From: Malacoraja senta
Taxonomy: Eukaryota
DNA length: 64,000 bases
Assembly: GCA_038087875.1 (NCBI GenBank)
Contig: CM075991.1
Coordinates: forward strand, 2,294,001 to 2,358,000
Reading direction: 5' to 3'
Part shown: positions 37,286 to 49,956 of the stretch, piece after piece
Numbering within the stretch: the first letter of the stretch is position 1
How the letters are laid out: every line of letters starts with the position of its first letter
The notes under the pieces: model-generated
Databases searched by the model: none
Seen by the model: only the letters and a program-made list of their open reading frames with translations
What the model was told of the DNA's origin: nothing
Program-made: the position numbers and the translations under genes

Positions 37286-37804
37286 AGTATTTAGAAGTCA
37301 AATTTCCTCAGGAGTAATTGGAAAGTGGGAATTCAAAGACCAGTCTGAAATTGGACCATTCTTCATCTTAATACCTTTAGTATCTTGTCAGACCAGCTAA
37401 ACCTGTATGCATGACAAGACAAACTCTTTCAAGTAATATATTCAGGACTACGGGATTACAGTTGCCAGGACGATAATCGGCACGGTGGCACAGCGGTAGA
37501 GTTCCTGCCTTACAGCAAATGCAGGGCCGGATACCCGGGTTCGATTCCAACTGCGGGTGCTGTCTGTACGGAGTTTGTACGTTCTCCCCGTGACCTGCTT
37601 GGGTTTTCTCCGAGATCTTCGGTTCCAAGATCGTGCAGGTTTGTAGGTTAATTGGCTTGGTAAATGTAAAAATTGACCCTGGTGTGTATAGGAAAGTGTT
37701 AATGTGCGGGGATCGCTGGTCGGCGCGGACCCGGTGAACCAAAGGGACTGTTTCCGTGCTGTATCGCTGAACTAAACTAAAAATTAGGCCGATACAATAC
37801 AATA

Positions 37805-38370
37805 CTGTGTGCAGTTTTGGTCCCCTAATTTGAGGAAGGACATTCTTGCTATTGAGGGAATGCAGCGTAGGTTCACAAGGTTAATTCCCGGGATGGCGGG
37901 ACTGTCATATGCTGAGAGAATGGAGCAGCTGGGCTTGTACACTCTGCAGTTTAGAAGGATGAGAGGGCATCTCATTGAAACATATAAGATTGATAAGGGC
38001 TTGGACACGCTAGAGGCAGGAAACATGTTCCCGATGTTGGGGGAGTCCAGAACCAGGGGCCACAGTTTAAGAATAAGGAGTAAGCCATTTAGAACGGAGA
38101 CAAGGAAACACTTTTTCTCACAGAGAGTGGTGAGTCTGTGGAATTCTCTGCATCAGAGGGCGGTGGAGGCAGGTTCTCTGGATGCTTTCAAGAGAGAGCT
38201 AGAAAGGGCTCTTAAAAATAGCGGAGTCAGGGGATATGGGGAGAAGGTAGGAACGGGGTACTGATTGGGGATGATCAGCCATGATCACATTGAATGGCGG
38301 TGCTGGCTCGAAGAGCCGAATGGCCTGCTCCTGCACCTATTGTCTATTGTCTATTGTCTATTGTCTCTTG
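37805..38370 (+). mobile_element. CR1 LINE 3' end
   Basis: QFWSPNLRKDILAIE..RRFTRLIPG..LWNSL peptide; (CTATTGT)n tail. Confidence 0.92.
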
Positions 38371-38711
38371 TCTATTGATATGATACAATATGATACGATA
38401 CAATGAACTTTATTCATCCCTGGAGCGAAGTTCTTCTGCCAACACACAAGGTACATGAAAACTTGAAAAATTAAAATTAAATTAAAAGTGAAAAAAAAGA
38501 AAAAGACAAGCGACTGTTGGCTGGCTGCCGTGCACACAGCGCCATCACCGGAATAAACAAACAAACAAACAAATAAATGCAGGCTTATCCCCTGGGGAGA
38601 GGATTCTAAAACTGCCCCCACCCCTTGCCGGGTACCCATTGTCTTCCCCTCCCCCGTTCATGCTCATCGACCGCTGATCGCGAGTCGATTGTGATGTCAA
38701 GGCTCCCGTCG

Positions 38712-39088
38712 CTGACGCTGAGGCCACACCGCCCCCTACGTTGAGGGTCACGCTGACGCCGAGGCCCCACCGCCCCCTACGACGAGGGTCACGCTGCCGC
38801 TGAGGCCCCACCGCCCCCTACGTCGAGGGTCACGCTGCCGCTGAGGCCCCACCGCCCCCTACGTTGAGTGTCACGCTGACGCCGAGGCCCCACCGCCCCC
38901 TGCGTCGAGGGTCACGCTGACGCCGAGGCCCCACCGCCCCCTACGTTGAGTGTCACACTGACGCTGAGGCCCCACCGCCCCCAGCGTCGAGGGTCACGCT
39001 GACGCCGAGGCCCCACCGCCCCCTGCGTCGAGGGTCACGCTGACGCTGAGGCCCCACCGCCCCCTGCGTCGAGGGTCACGCTGACGCC
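38712..39088. repeat. 41-bp GC/CpG-rich minisatellite
   Basis: CTGACGCCGAGGCCCCACCGCCCCCTACGTCGAGGGTCACG, about 9 copies, inside a minus-strand retroposon-like unit (about 38375-39190) ending GGGATGAATAAAG + (TATC-like)n. Confidence 0.95.
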
Positions 39089-39194
39089 ATAACTCCTGCT
39101 GCCGCTGCCGAGGCTACCATCACCGCCGCCACTGAGGCTCCTTCGGCCCAGACAGGCCTGGCTTCTCCGCACTCCCCAAAGGGACTAGAGGGTT

Positions 39195-39632
39195 TAAGCT
39201 ATAGGGATAGGTTGAGTAGGCTGGGACTCTATTCCTTGGAGTGCAGGAGGATGAGGGGTGATCTTATAGAGGTGTACAAAATCATGAGAGAAATCGATCG
39301 GGTAGGTGCACAGAGTCTCCAGCCCAGAGTAGAGGAATCGAGGACCAGAGGGAATAGGTTTAAGGTGAAGGGGAAACGATTTAATATGAATATGAGGTGT
39401 AACTTTTTCACACAAAGGGTGGTAGGTGTATGGAACAAGCTGCCAGACGAGGTAGTTGAGGCTGGGACTATCCCAACGTTTAAGAGCCAATTAGATAGGT
39501 ACATGGATAGGACAGATAAGGAGGGATATGGACTGACTTGGGCAGATGGGACTAGTGTATCTGGGACACGTTGGCCAGTATGGGTAAGTTGGGCCAAAGG
39601 GCCTGTTTCCACACTGTATCACTCTATGACTA
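39195..39632 (+). mobile_element. CR1 LINE 3' end (second subfamily)
   Basis: RLGLYSLE.RRMRGDLIEVYKIM..FFTQRVVGVWNKLP peptide; tail shared with the V-SINEs. Confidence 0.9.
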
Positions 39633-39920
39633 TATTCTTTGGTCCTGATTAAAATGAACAACTGATGTCACAACAGAAAATTTGTCAGTAAATCAGTATT
39701 TCTGCCTGTATTAAGGGATAATAGCTATAAGAGACCTGATCTAACTTCATAAAATTATGCCCCCCCCCCTCTGCCCTCTCTCTCTCTACCCCCCTCCCTC
39801 CACCCTCTCTAGCTGCGCCTGAGAGTTGCGGGCTATGCGTGAGTGGATAGGGCGGGGGTGGGGTAAAAGGAACGAGTGAATAATATTAATATAATATCAA
39901 GGGGGTGGTCAGTTTGTGTG

Positions 39921-39980
<60 letters not shown>

Positions 39981-40814
39981 TGTCCCCCCCCCCCCCCGGC
40001 AGCAGGCCCCCCCAAACCGGGCATTGAAGGAATGCCCCCCCCCAACCGGGCACTTGGTCTAGTAGCTAAAAAATCATGAGGGACATAGATAGGGTAGACA
40101 GTCAGAACCTGTATCCCAGAATGGAATATAATATATTCACGGAGTCGCTCAGTGTTATATCTATTCTATGTAAGCATGAAAAGTATTCTGAAATTATACC
40201 ATTGATCCATAAATAGACACAAAAAGCTGTAGTAACTCAGCGGGACAGGCAGCATCGCTGGGGACAAGGAAAGTGCGACATTTCGGGTCGAGACCGTAAA
40301 CTATCCATTTAATGGTTGTTAAATAATTCTTTACATTCTTAATAATAATGTTTAGCTTTTAGTTTTAGAGACACCGTATGGAAACAGGTCCTTCATCCCA
40401 CAGAGTCCACACCGACCAGCAAACCCCGCACACTAACGCTATCCTACACACACTAGGGACAATTTACATGTATATCAAACAAATTAACCTATAAACCTGT
40501 ACGGCTTTGGAGTGTGGGAGAAAACCAAAGATCTCAGAGAAAACCCATGCAGGTCATGGGGAGAAGGTACAAATGTACAGGACAGCACCCGTAGTTGGGA
40601 TCGAATACGGGTCTCTAGCGCTGTAAGGACTGTAAGGCAGCAACTCTACCGCTGCCCCCTCGTGTGGGAGAGGGAAGAAGAAAATCTTCAGAAATTGACT
40701 GTACTGCAGTATTTAGTCACTTCTGATCCCAATAATAGATGATATTGAAAAAAATGAAAGATGATGACAAAAGTATTAACAAAAATCATGATAAAAAATT
40801 AACAAAAATCATTA

Positions 40815-41392
40815 ACAAGATTACGGAGAGTCGGTTTGTCAAGGAGGACTCTCTCTAACTTCTACAGGTGCACAGTAGAGAGCATGCTGACTGGTTGCAT
40901 CGTGGCTTGGTTCGGAAACTTGAGCGCCCGTGAGCGGAAAAGACTACAAAACGTGGTAACACTGCCCAGTCCATCATCGACCTCCCTCCCATCGAGGGGA
41001 TCTATCACAATCGCTGCCTCAAAAAGGCTGGCAGCAGCATCAAGGACCCACACCATTCGGGCCATACACTCATCTCCCTACTACCTTCAGGTAGATGGTA
41101 CAGGAGCCTGAAGACTGCAACGACCAGGTTCGGCAATAGCTACTTCCCCACAGCTATCAGCCTATTAAACTCGGCTCGGACAAAACTCTGAACATTAATA
41201 GCCCATAATCTGTTTATTTGCACTTTATCAGTTTATTTATTCATGTGTGAATATATTTATATAATGCTATATGGACACACTGATCTGTTCTGTATTCGTG
41301 CCTACTATATCCTGGTGTGCCAAAGCAAAGCAAGAATTTCATTGTCCTATCAGGGACACATGACAATAAACTCTCTTGAACTCTTGAACTTG
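40815..41392 (+). mobile_element. Rex1/Babar LINE 3' fragment
   Basis: Closely matches 54236-54806; tail TGACAATAAACT(CTTGAACT)n. Confidence 0.9.
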
Positions 41393-41631
41393 ACTGAAGG
41401 TGAAATGTATGAATAAGATTTAGGTCCAATTCAAGATTAGATCCTTTAATCACTTATTCAAATTTTGCTGAATGCAGTTGCCAAATACAATTTAAAAACC
41501 TGAGTGCCATATTGTGACGTTCATACACACAGAAGGACCCTGTAGTTAAAGCAAGCCCCAGGATTCTGGTCATTCTACTGGGCCAGTTATCAAACATCAC
41601 CACCTATTGGGCGTGTCACATTTTATTGAAA

Positions 41632-44217
41632 AGGAGAAAGATCCCCTGCTTTGTAGTAGCTATAGACCAATCTCACTCCTGAATGTGGACCTCAAAATCC
41701 TTTCTAAAGCCCTTGCACTTCGTCTTCAACGAGTGATGCCCTCTATTATCCGTTGGATCAAACAGGGTTTGTACCTGGCCGACAGTCTTCCCATAATACT
41801 AGGCGTCTCCTTAACATCATTCACTCTTCGAGTAATGAGACCCCGGAGATGGTGGTCTCCCTCGATGCCGAAAAGGCCTTCGACAGGGTCGAGTGGAGGT
41901 ACCTATATGAGGCGATGGATAGGTTTGGCCTCGGTAACAGTTTTATTCTCTGGGTGAGCCTATTATATTCGTCCCCGGTGGCCTCAGTACAAACAAACGA
42001 CATACTGTCGCCCCACTTCACACTTCAGAGAGGTACCAGACAGGGTTGCCCGTTATCTCCACTCTTGTTTGATGTCGCGATAGAACCCCTGGCGATCTGG
42101 TTACGCGCAGAGAAGGGCTTTAAAGGTATTACATGGTTTGACACAACTCATAAAGTCTCATTGTATGCGGACGACCTGCTCCTGTACATCTCGAACCCAG
42201 TCAGTTCTCTCCCTGTGATTATGAATATTTTAGAACGGTTTGGTGCATACTCTGGTTATAAACTTAACTACCAAAAGAGTGAGCTATTACCGATTAACTT
42301 ACCGGCTAAGCAGCTCCCTCGCTCTTTAACCTCATTCAAAAGGGCAGAGGATGGGTTTCGCTATCTCGCCGTTTTTATCACAATACCCTTATCTGATATG
42401 TTCCGCACAAACTTTTTGCCTCTGGTTGAGAAAGCCGAAAAAGATTTTGATCGCTGGTCAGTCTTACCGCTATCCCTCGTGGGCCGGATAAATCTGGTTA
42501 AGATGGTTGTCCCACCCAAATTCCTGTATCTTTTCCAGCATGTCCCCATACTTATCACCAAATCTTTTTTTGACAAATTAGAAAGGACAATATCTAAATT
42601 CTTATGGGGTAGCAAACCGGTCAGAATCCGAAAGGCGATACTGCAGTCGCCTGAGAGTGATGGCGGTTTGGCCCTCCCTGATTTTAGGCGATACTACTGG
42701 GCAGCTAACTTGCAAAAACTCCTGTATTGGATGAATGATGATTGCAAGCACCCACCGATCTGGGTATATATGGAAAAGGCGAGTTCATGTCTCCCGTTGC
42801 GGTCTGTCCTATGCTCCCAACTCCCCCTTTCTATAACATCTGTGGGTGCAGGCCCAATTGTGTCCCTTTCGCTCAAGATATGGAGTCAATTTAGGAAAAA
42901 CCTCGGTTTACAGGGTCCTTCCATCTTGACCCTGCTTAAAAATCACATTTTTAAACCTTCAAGTACAGACCACGCATTTAAAACATGGCATAGCAATGGC
43001 ATCAGTAGTATTAAAAACCTATACAAGGATGGCATCTTCTCATCTTTTGCGGAGCTCTCGTCTAACTACAACCTCCCAAACTCCCACCTTTTTTGGTTTT
43101 TCCAGATTAGGGATTTTGTGAAGAAGACATTTCCCTACTTCCCAAATCGCCCTCCTGAAACCCTGACTGATATCATCTTAGCTTTAGACCCCAATCGGAA
43201 GAAATGCATCTCTATTTTGTATAATTTGCTAGGGTCGGTTTTATTGAAACCTCATACCTCATTAAAAGCTGCGTGGGAGGGAGAGCTGAATACGAAATTA
43301 ACAGACCAGCAATGGGACTATGCCTTGGATTTGATCCACTCTTCTTCCATATGCGCTCGTCATGGCCTAATCCAATGCAAAGTCCTTTACAAAGTCCACT
43401 ACACAAATGCAAGATTAGCTAGAATGTACCCAGCTGTTAATGACACCTGTAACAGATGTAGTCAATCTCCTGCCAACCATAGCCACATGTTTTGGTCTTG
43501 CCCTAAGCTAGCAGCCTTTTGGAGGAGTGCTTTTGAATTGATAAGCAGAGCTTACGACCAGACTATTCTTCCAAATCCAATGTCAGCTATTTTCAGTACC
43601 CCTCCCAATACTAACCTCTCTGTTGCGGTGAAACGGGTCCTAGCTTTTACAACCTTGTTAGCCCGGAGACTGATCTTGCTTAGTTGGAGGCTTACCTGTC
43701 CCCCGACACACGCCCGTTGGATTAAGGAGGTGATTTACAATCTGAAACTTGAAAAACTTAGGTTCTCTCTCAAAGGCTCTACCAAGACATTCCTAGATAC
43801 ATGGAACCCTTTCTTTGAACTGGTTAACTCTCTTAACTTGTCCCCGGACTCGGAAGAGGACTGAGTGTTCTCCATCATCGTTTTGTTCTACAGCAGCTGC
43901 TTTCCCCTTAATCCCCCCCTCCCTACAATTGTCTATTTAGATATATATGTATATATATATTTTTTTATTTTTATTTTTTATTTTTATATAGCACATTTTG
44001 TTTCGTCTATTCTACCATTTGTGTGTGGATGTGTACGTATGTGAGTGTTGTTTGTCCCCGTTTGGCTCCGACCTGACTTGGGTGGGTTGAAGGTGGGTAA
44101 GGGTAGGGGTTTTGAGGATCGCTTACATACTGTTGTACAATTATGCCTTGATTATTACTGTCTGTTATTATTGTATGTATGTAAATTGCCGTGAAATTCA
44201 AATAAAAAGATTTAAAT
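41632..44217 (+). mobile_element. L1-clade LINE, 5'-truncated
   Basis: 14-bp TSD ACATTTTATTGAAA (41618-41631 and 44218-44231); KDP..YRPISLLNVD.KIL, then a frameshift near 41750; 3' UTR with AATAAA at about 44201. Confidence 0.92.
41753..43864 (+). CDS. L1 ORF2 partial: reverse transcriptase plus CCHC zinc knuckle (703-aa open frame, N-terminus absent)
   Basis: QTGF, SLDAEKAFDRVEW, GTRQGCPLSP, YADD, FRYL, GGLALP, CNRC..HMFWSCP motifs. Confidence 0.9.
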   Translation: MDQTGFVPGRQSSHNTRRLLNIIHSSSNETPEMVVSLDAEKAFDRVEWRYLYEAMDRFGLGNSFILWVSLLYSSPVASVQTNDILSPHFTLQRGTRQGCPLSPLLFDVAIEPLAIWLRAEKGFKGITWFDTTHKVSLYADDLLLYISNPVSSLPVIMNILERFGAYSGYKLNYQKSELLPINLPAKQLPRSLTSFKRAEDGFRYLAVFITIPLSDMFRTNFLPLVEKAEKDFDRWSVLPLSLVGRINLVKMVVPPKFLYLFQHVPILITKSFFDKLERTISKFLWGSKPVRIRKAILQSPESDGGLALPDFRRYYWAANLQKLLYWMNDDCKHPPIWVYMEKASSCLPLRSVLCSQLPLSITSVGAGPIVSLSLKIWSQFRKNLGLQGPSILTLLKNHIFKPSSTDHAFKTWHSNGISSIKNLYKDGIFSSFAELSSNYNLPNSHLFWFFQIRDFVKKTFPYFPNRPPETLTDIILALDPNRKKCISILYNLLGSVLLKPHTSLKAAWEGELNTKLTDQQWDYALDLIHSSSICARHGLIQCKVLYKVHYTNARLARMYPAVNDTCNRCSQSPANHSHMFWSCPKLAAFWRSAFELISRAYDQTILPNPMSAIFSTPPNTNLSVAVKRVLAFTTLLARRLILLSWRLTCPPTHARWIKEVIYNLKLEKLRFSLKGSTKTFLDTWNPFFELVNSLNLSPDSEED

Positions 44218-44299
44218 ACATTTTATTGAAAGACCATAAGACAAGGAGTAGCATTAGGCCATGCAGGGCAAAAAGGGGCCAGGAGATAGCTCTGGCAGA

Positions 44300-45134
44300 T
44301 GGGAGACCGTGTCGGGACGTTGGGACTGGAGAAAGCGTGCCTGCCTTTGATGGTAGTACTTGTCCTTGCTGGCGCCGTTGGTAGCCGACGTCACTGCTGA
44401 TCCATGAAGGCAGGGACCGCTCGTATGACCTGCCAAGGCACAGTCGCCACCCAATTGATGATGGCTCCACCCTGCTGTTTGGCTTGCCACAGCACGTCCA
44501 CACGGGCTGCCAGCCATCGGGGGTCGGTGAAATCGTCATCCGCGTGGAGCAGGCGAATGTCCTTAGGCATCTGCTCGAGGAAGACCTGTTCCAAAAGGAG
44601 GCAGGTCTTGTTTCCATCCCTCTTACTTGTTGTGGGCTGGTGGCTGGTGAAGGTAATCGATGAAGCGCCCAGCGGTTTCATGGTCCAGCGCACTGACCAC
44701 GTAGTAGTACTTGGTGACGTCGGCAGTGATCTGGTGGATGTGGAATTGGGCTTCGGCCTGTTCGAACCACACCTTGGGCTGTGATGTCCAGAAGGTGGGC
44801 AGTTTGTGTGCAACTGCGTTCTGCTGATCTGGGTAGTCTCCTCCAGGCACGATGGAATCAAAAAGAGGCCATTTTGGATCGTCGGGAATCACCACTGAAT
44901 AGGTTCGAGTGTTGTACAAACACTCATTTAATATTTAAAAGACACAGTTTAATATTAGTACAAAAGCGATGGCTGGCAAGTGAAGTCGCTCGGTCTCTGC
45001 TGCACCCGTCACGTGACCATCCAGATCGGCGTTGATCGGTCGGCCCAGATCACGCCAGTTCACGCGAGATCTCAAGCTCGACGAACGAAGGTTCGAGACC
45101 AAAGTGGCTCGGCCACAAGATGGCGCCGCAATAC
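44300..45134 (-). mobile_element. Gypsy (CsRn1-like) LTR retrotransposon 5' end: LTR, PBS, degenerate gag
   Basis: KLPTFWTSQPKVWFEQAEAQF..TKYYYVVSALD gag motif; TGGTGATTCCCGACG (44894-44880) resembles the tRNA-Trp PBS; putative LTR about 45134-44896 ending CA. Confidence 0.75.
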
Positions 45135-45139
45135 CTGCT

Positions 45140-47160
45140 TTTAGATGGACACGGGGTGATTCGGGATCGTCAGCATGTATTTGTACACGGGGGGTTGTGC
45201 CTTACGAATCTAATAGAGTCTTTTGATGATGTGACCAAAGAGATTGATGAGGGCATAGCTGTAGACAATGTATGTGGATTTCAAACAGGCAGTCCACAAG
45301 GTTCCGCATGGTCGGCTGCTCTAAAAGGTGAGATCGCATGGGATCCAAGGAGAGATAGCTGAATGGATCGATAATTGGCTTCATGGAAGGAAGCAGAGGG
45401 TGATGGTGGAAGGTTGCTTTTCATGCTGGAGGCCTGTGACTTGTGGCGTGCCTCAGGGTTCGGTGTTGGGCCCGTTACTGTTTGTCATCTACATCAATGA
45501 TTTTGATGTGTACGTACATGGCAAGGTTAGCAAGTCCGCAGATGATACAAAAGTGGGTGGTATTACAGACAGTGAAGAAGGCTGTCTAAAGTTGCAGCAG
45601 GATCTTGATCGGTTGGCCAGGTGGGCTGAGGAATGGTTGATGGAATACAGTGAAATGTGAGGTGTTGCATTTTAGTTTAGTTTAGTTAAGTGATTCAGCG
45701 CGAAAATAAGCCCTTCAGCCCACTGAGTCCATGCCGACCAGCGATCCCGCACATAAACACTACCCTACACACTAGGGACAATATACAATTAAACCAAGCC
45801 AATTAACCTACAAACCTGTATGTCTTTGAAGTGTGGGAAGAAACCTGAGATCCTCGAGAAAACCCACGCAGGTCACGAGCAGAATGTACAAACTCTGTAT
45901 GGACAGCACCCATAGTCAGGGTCGAACCCGGCTCTCTGGAGCTGTAGAGCTGCAACTCTGCCACTGTGCCACCGTGCCATCCTTTGGGAAGACTAACATG
46001 GGCAGAACCTACACATTGAATGGTAGGGCTCTGGGGAGTGTTGTAGAGCAGAGGGAATGGACAACACAAGTAAATGAAAGTAAGCATGCAGGTACAGCAG
46101 GCAGTGAAGAAAGCGAATGGCATGTTGGCCTTCATAACAAGAGGAGTCGAATATAGGAGCAAAGAGGTACTTCTGCAGTTGTACAGAGCCCTCGTGAGAC
46201 CACACCTGGAGTATTGTGTGCAGTTTTGGTCCCCTAATTTGAGGAAGGACATTCTTGCTATTGAGGGAGTGCAGCGTAGGTTTACAAGGTTAATTCCCGG
46301 GATGGAGTGACTGTCATATGCTGAGAGAATGGAGCAAATGGGCTTGTACACTCTGGAGTTTAGAAGGATGAGAGGGTATCTCATTGAAAAATATAAGATT
46401 GTTAAGGGTTTCGACACGCTAGAGGCAGGAAACATGTTCCCGATGTTGGGGGAGTCCAGAACCAGGGGTCAATTTAAGAATAAGGAGTAAGCCATTTAGA
46501 ACGGAGACGAGGAAACACTTTTTCTCACAGAGAGTGGTGAGTCTGTGGAATTCTCTGCCTCAGAAGGTGGTGGAGGCAGGTTCTCTGGATGCTTTCAAGA
46601 GAGAGCTAGATAAGGCTCTTAAAAATAGCGCTGGGGATATGGGGAAAAGGCAGGAACGGGGTACTGATTGGAAATGATCAGCCATGATCACATTGAATGG
46701 CGGTGCTGGCTGGAAGGGCCGAATGGCCTACTCCTGCACCTATTGTCTATTGTCTATAAATGGTGTGGTCAAAAAGGCATTTGGCACATTAGTCTTCATC
46801 AGTCAGTATTGAGTATAGAAGTTGGGAGGTCATGTTGCAATCATATAGGACGTTGGTGAGGACGCATTAGAGTATTGTGTTCAGTTCTGGACACCATGTT
46901 ATAGGAAAGAAGTAGTCAAGCTGGAAAGGGTACAGAGAAGATTTACAAGGTTGTTGCCAGGATTCGAGGGTACGAGCTATAAGAGAGAGGCTGAGTAGGC
47001 TGGGACTCTATTTCTTGGAGCGCAGGAGGGTGAGGGGTGATCATATAGACGTGTATAAAATCTTGAGAGGATTAGATCGGGTAGATGCACGGGGTCTCTT
47101 GCCCAGAGTAGGGGAATCAAGGGTGAGGGGTGAAAGATTAAATAGGAACCTGAGGAGTAA
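45140..47160 (+). pseudogene. Decayed CR1 LINE with nested V-SINE (45670-45978) and a younger CR1 3' end (46065-46757)
   Basis: CGVPQGSVLGPLLF, ADDTK, LQQDLDRL peptides; the host sequence resumes after each insert. Confidence 0.85.
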
Positions 47161-48238
47161 CGTTATCTTTCAATATCTCCCCTGACTGTCAGTCTGAAGA
47201 AGGGTTTTGATCCCAAAACATCACCCATTCCTTCTCTCCAGCAATGCTAACTGTCCCGTTGAGCTTGTTTTTGTTTTTTAGTTTTAAAGATACAGCACGG
47301 CAACAGGCCCTTCGGCCTACCGAGTCCGCACCAACCAGCGATCTCCTCACACTTACACTATCCTACACACACTAGGGACAATTTACATTTATATCAAGCC
47401 AATTAACCGACAAACTTGCACGTCTTTGGAGTGTGGGGGAAACCGAAGATCTCGGAAAAGCCCACAAGGTCACGGGGAGAACGTACAAACTCCGTACAGA
47501 CAACACCCGTAGTCAGGATCGAACCTGGGTCTCTGGCACTGGAAGCGCTGTAAGGCAGCAACTCTACTGCTGTGCCCACGGCAGAACAGACTCGATTGAC
47601 TTATTGAGTTACTGTAGCATTTTTTGTCTGTCCACAAGGTGTAAAGTGCCTGGAACACTCATTTGCAGCAACTACCTTCAGAATGGAAATATTGTGCTTT
47701 CTTGCAAATGCTCGATCCCTCCGAATGGCCTACTCCTGCACATATTTGCTATGTTTATATCCCCAGAATCATTTTCGTAAACCTCCTCTGGACCCTCTCC
47801 AATACCAGTACATCCTTTCTGAGATAAGGGGCCCAAACCCGTTCACAATATTCCAAATGTCGTCTGACCAGTGTCTTAACAGCCTCAGCGTGACATCCTT
47901 GCTTTTATATTCTAGTCCTCTCAAAGTGAATGCTAACATTGCATTTCCTCACCCTACAACAACCTGCAAATTTACCTTTTTGGAATCCTGCACCAACACT
48001 CCCAAGGTATGTTGCGCCTCTGATTTCTGAATCCTCTCCCCATTTAGAAAATAGTTCACATTTTGAACTGGAGCAGCATAGATAGAAAATTGGCTGAGTA
48101 GTAATGAAGCTTTGTCGATGGAAAGGGAGGAAGTGTACAATAGAGTTCCTTAGAACAGTTGAGTTGAGTTTATTGTCACATGAACCGAGGTACAGTGAAA
48201 AGCTTATGTTGCATGCTAACCAGTCAGCGGAAAGACTA

Positions 48239-49065
48239 TCTATATAATTAAAAGCGTCATCTTGACCACTTCCTGTCTGCGCTTTTTACTGATTGTTGAA
48301 AAAACGCTACCATATATGGCTGTGATTTTTGGCCATCTTACTCACAGTCCTCCTCCGCTGATCAGGCCCCGAGGATTTTTCCCATTGATAAAAAATAAAA
48401 GAATTATGAGTGTTTTAAAAATCTTGAGATCCTGTCGCCTGTCAATCACCACGATGAAGGTAACGCCCCTTCCGGGGGGTGGGGGGGGTGCAGGACTATA
48501 AAACCCCAGATGCCTGGACATGACTCAGTCTCTCTGCAAGATTGCGAGGGAGAGGCCACGACTCTCATTCTAAGCTGGGAATCAACTCAACTGTGAGTCT
48601 GCAATGTACTTGAATAAATGATTTGTTAGCCCTCGATGAAAATGAAATGAGTTGTATGGCCTGCTGCCTTCCCTGTACTCAAAACTGCAATGCTTTATTA
48701 GATTCGACTGTGTTTGGTTCAAAAGTCCCGCTCATTTCATGACTTCCGCTTAGTGGACAGGTCACGTTGATTGCGTAATCTCCAGTGAGTGCAGAGGTCG
48801 CGCTGATTGTGGAAGTGCTGCTAACTGCGGAAGGCCCACAGTGGAGAGGCCGCGCTGAGCCATGTGAGTATTGAAGAAAGTTTACTGTCATATATATGGT
48901 GTGTGAGTGTGAGTGAGTGTGTGTATGTGTGAGTGTGTGAGTGTGTGAGAGTGTGAGTGTCTGTGTGTGTGTGTGAGAGTGTGTGTGTGCATGTGTGTGT
49001 GTGAGAGTGTGTGTGTGAGTGTGAGAATGTATGTGTGAGTGAAGCTGGGTCCCAACTTAGTCTAG
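48239..49065 (+). mobile_element. Non-autonomous Helitron with both termini
   Basis: A|TC start and CTAG|T end, no TSD, GGGTCCC hairpin remnant before the end, internal (TG)n tract; interrupts a minus-strand Rex1 tail (48165-49465). Confidence 0.75.
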
Positions 49066-49956
49066 TACAGTTACATGATAAAGGGAATACCATGAATAAT
49101 GGTTTAGTGCAAGATAAACCCAGTAAAATCCACTCAAAGATAGCCCAAATGTCTTCAATGAGGTGGATAGTAGTTCAGGACTGCTCTCTAGTTGTGGTAG
49201 GATGGTTCATTTGCTTGATAACAGCTGGGAAGAAACTGTCCCTGAATTTGGAGGTTTCACACTTATATAACTTTTGCCCGATGGGAGAGGGGGGAAGAGG
49301 GGTGCGACTCATCCTTGATGATGCTGGGGGCCTTGCCGAAGCAGCATGAGGTGTAAATGGAGTCAATGGAAGGGAGGTTGGTTTGTGTGATGATCTGGGC
49401 TACGTCCACAATTCTTTAAAATTCCATGCGGTCTTGGATGGAGATGTTCCCAAACCAACCAAGCAACCAAGGGATAGGCCATTTACGATGAGATGTGGAA
49501 AAACTTTTTCACCCAAAGAGTTGTGAATCTGTGGAATTCTCTGCCAAAGAAGGCAATCAAGGCCAATTCACTGGATGTTTTCAATAGAGAGTTAGATTTA
49601 GCTCTTAGGGCTAAAGGAATAAGGGATATGTGGAAAAAGCAGGAGTGGGGTACTGATTTTGAATGATCAGCCATGATCATATTGAATGACGGAGCTGGCT
49701 CGGAGGGCCAAATGGGCTACACCTGCACCTATTTTTCTATGTTTCTATGATTGAATGGTGTAGACTTGATGGGCCGAATGGCCTAATTCTGCTTCTAGAA
49801 CTTATGAGCATGTATAGCAAGGGCCTGTTCCTATGCTGGAATCATATAATGATTGACAAAGTGGTTAAAAATGCATCTTGAACCCTGGGCTTCATTTGTG
49901 TATTTATAGCCACGGAGTATAAGAGCAAAGAGGTCATGATGAGCCTTTAATATTAG

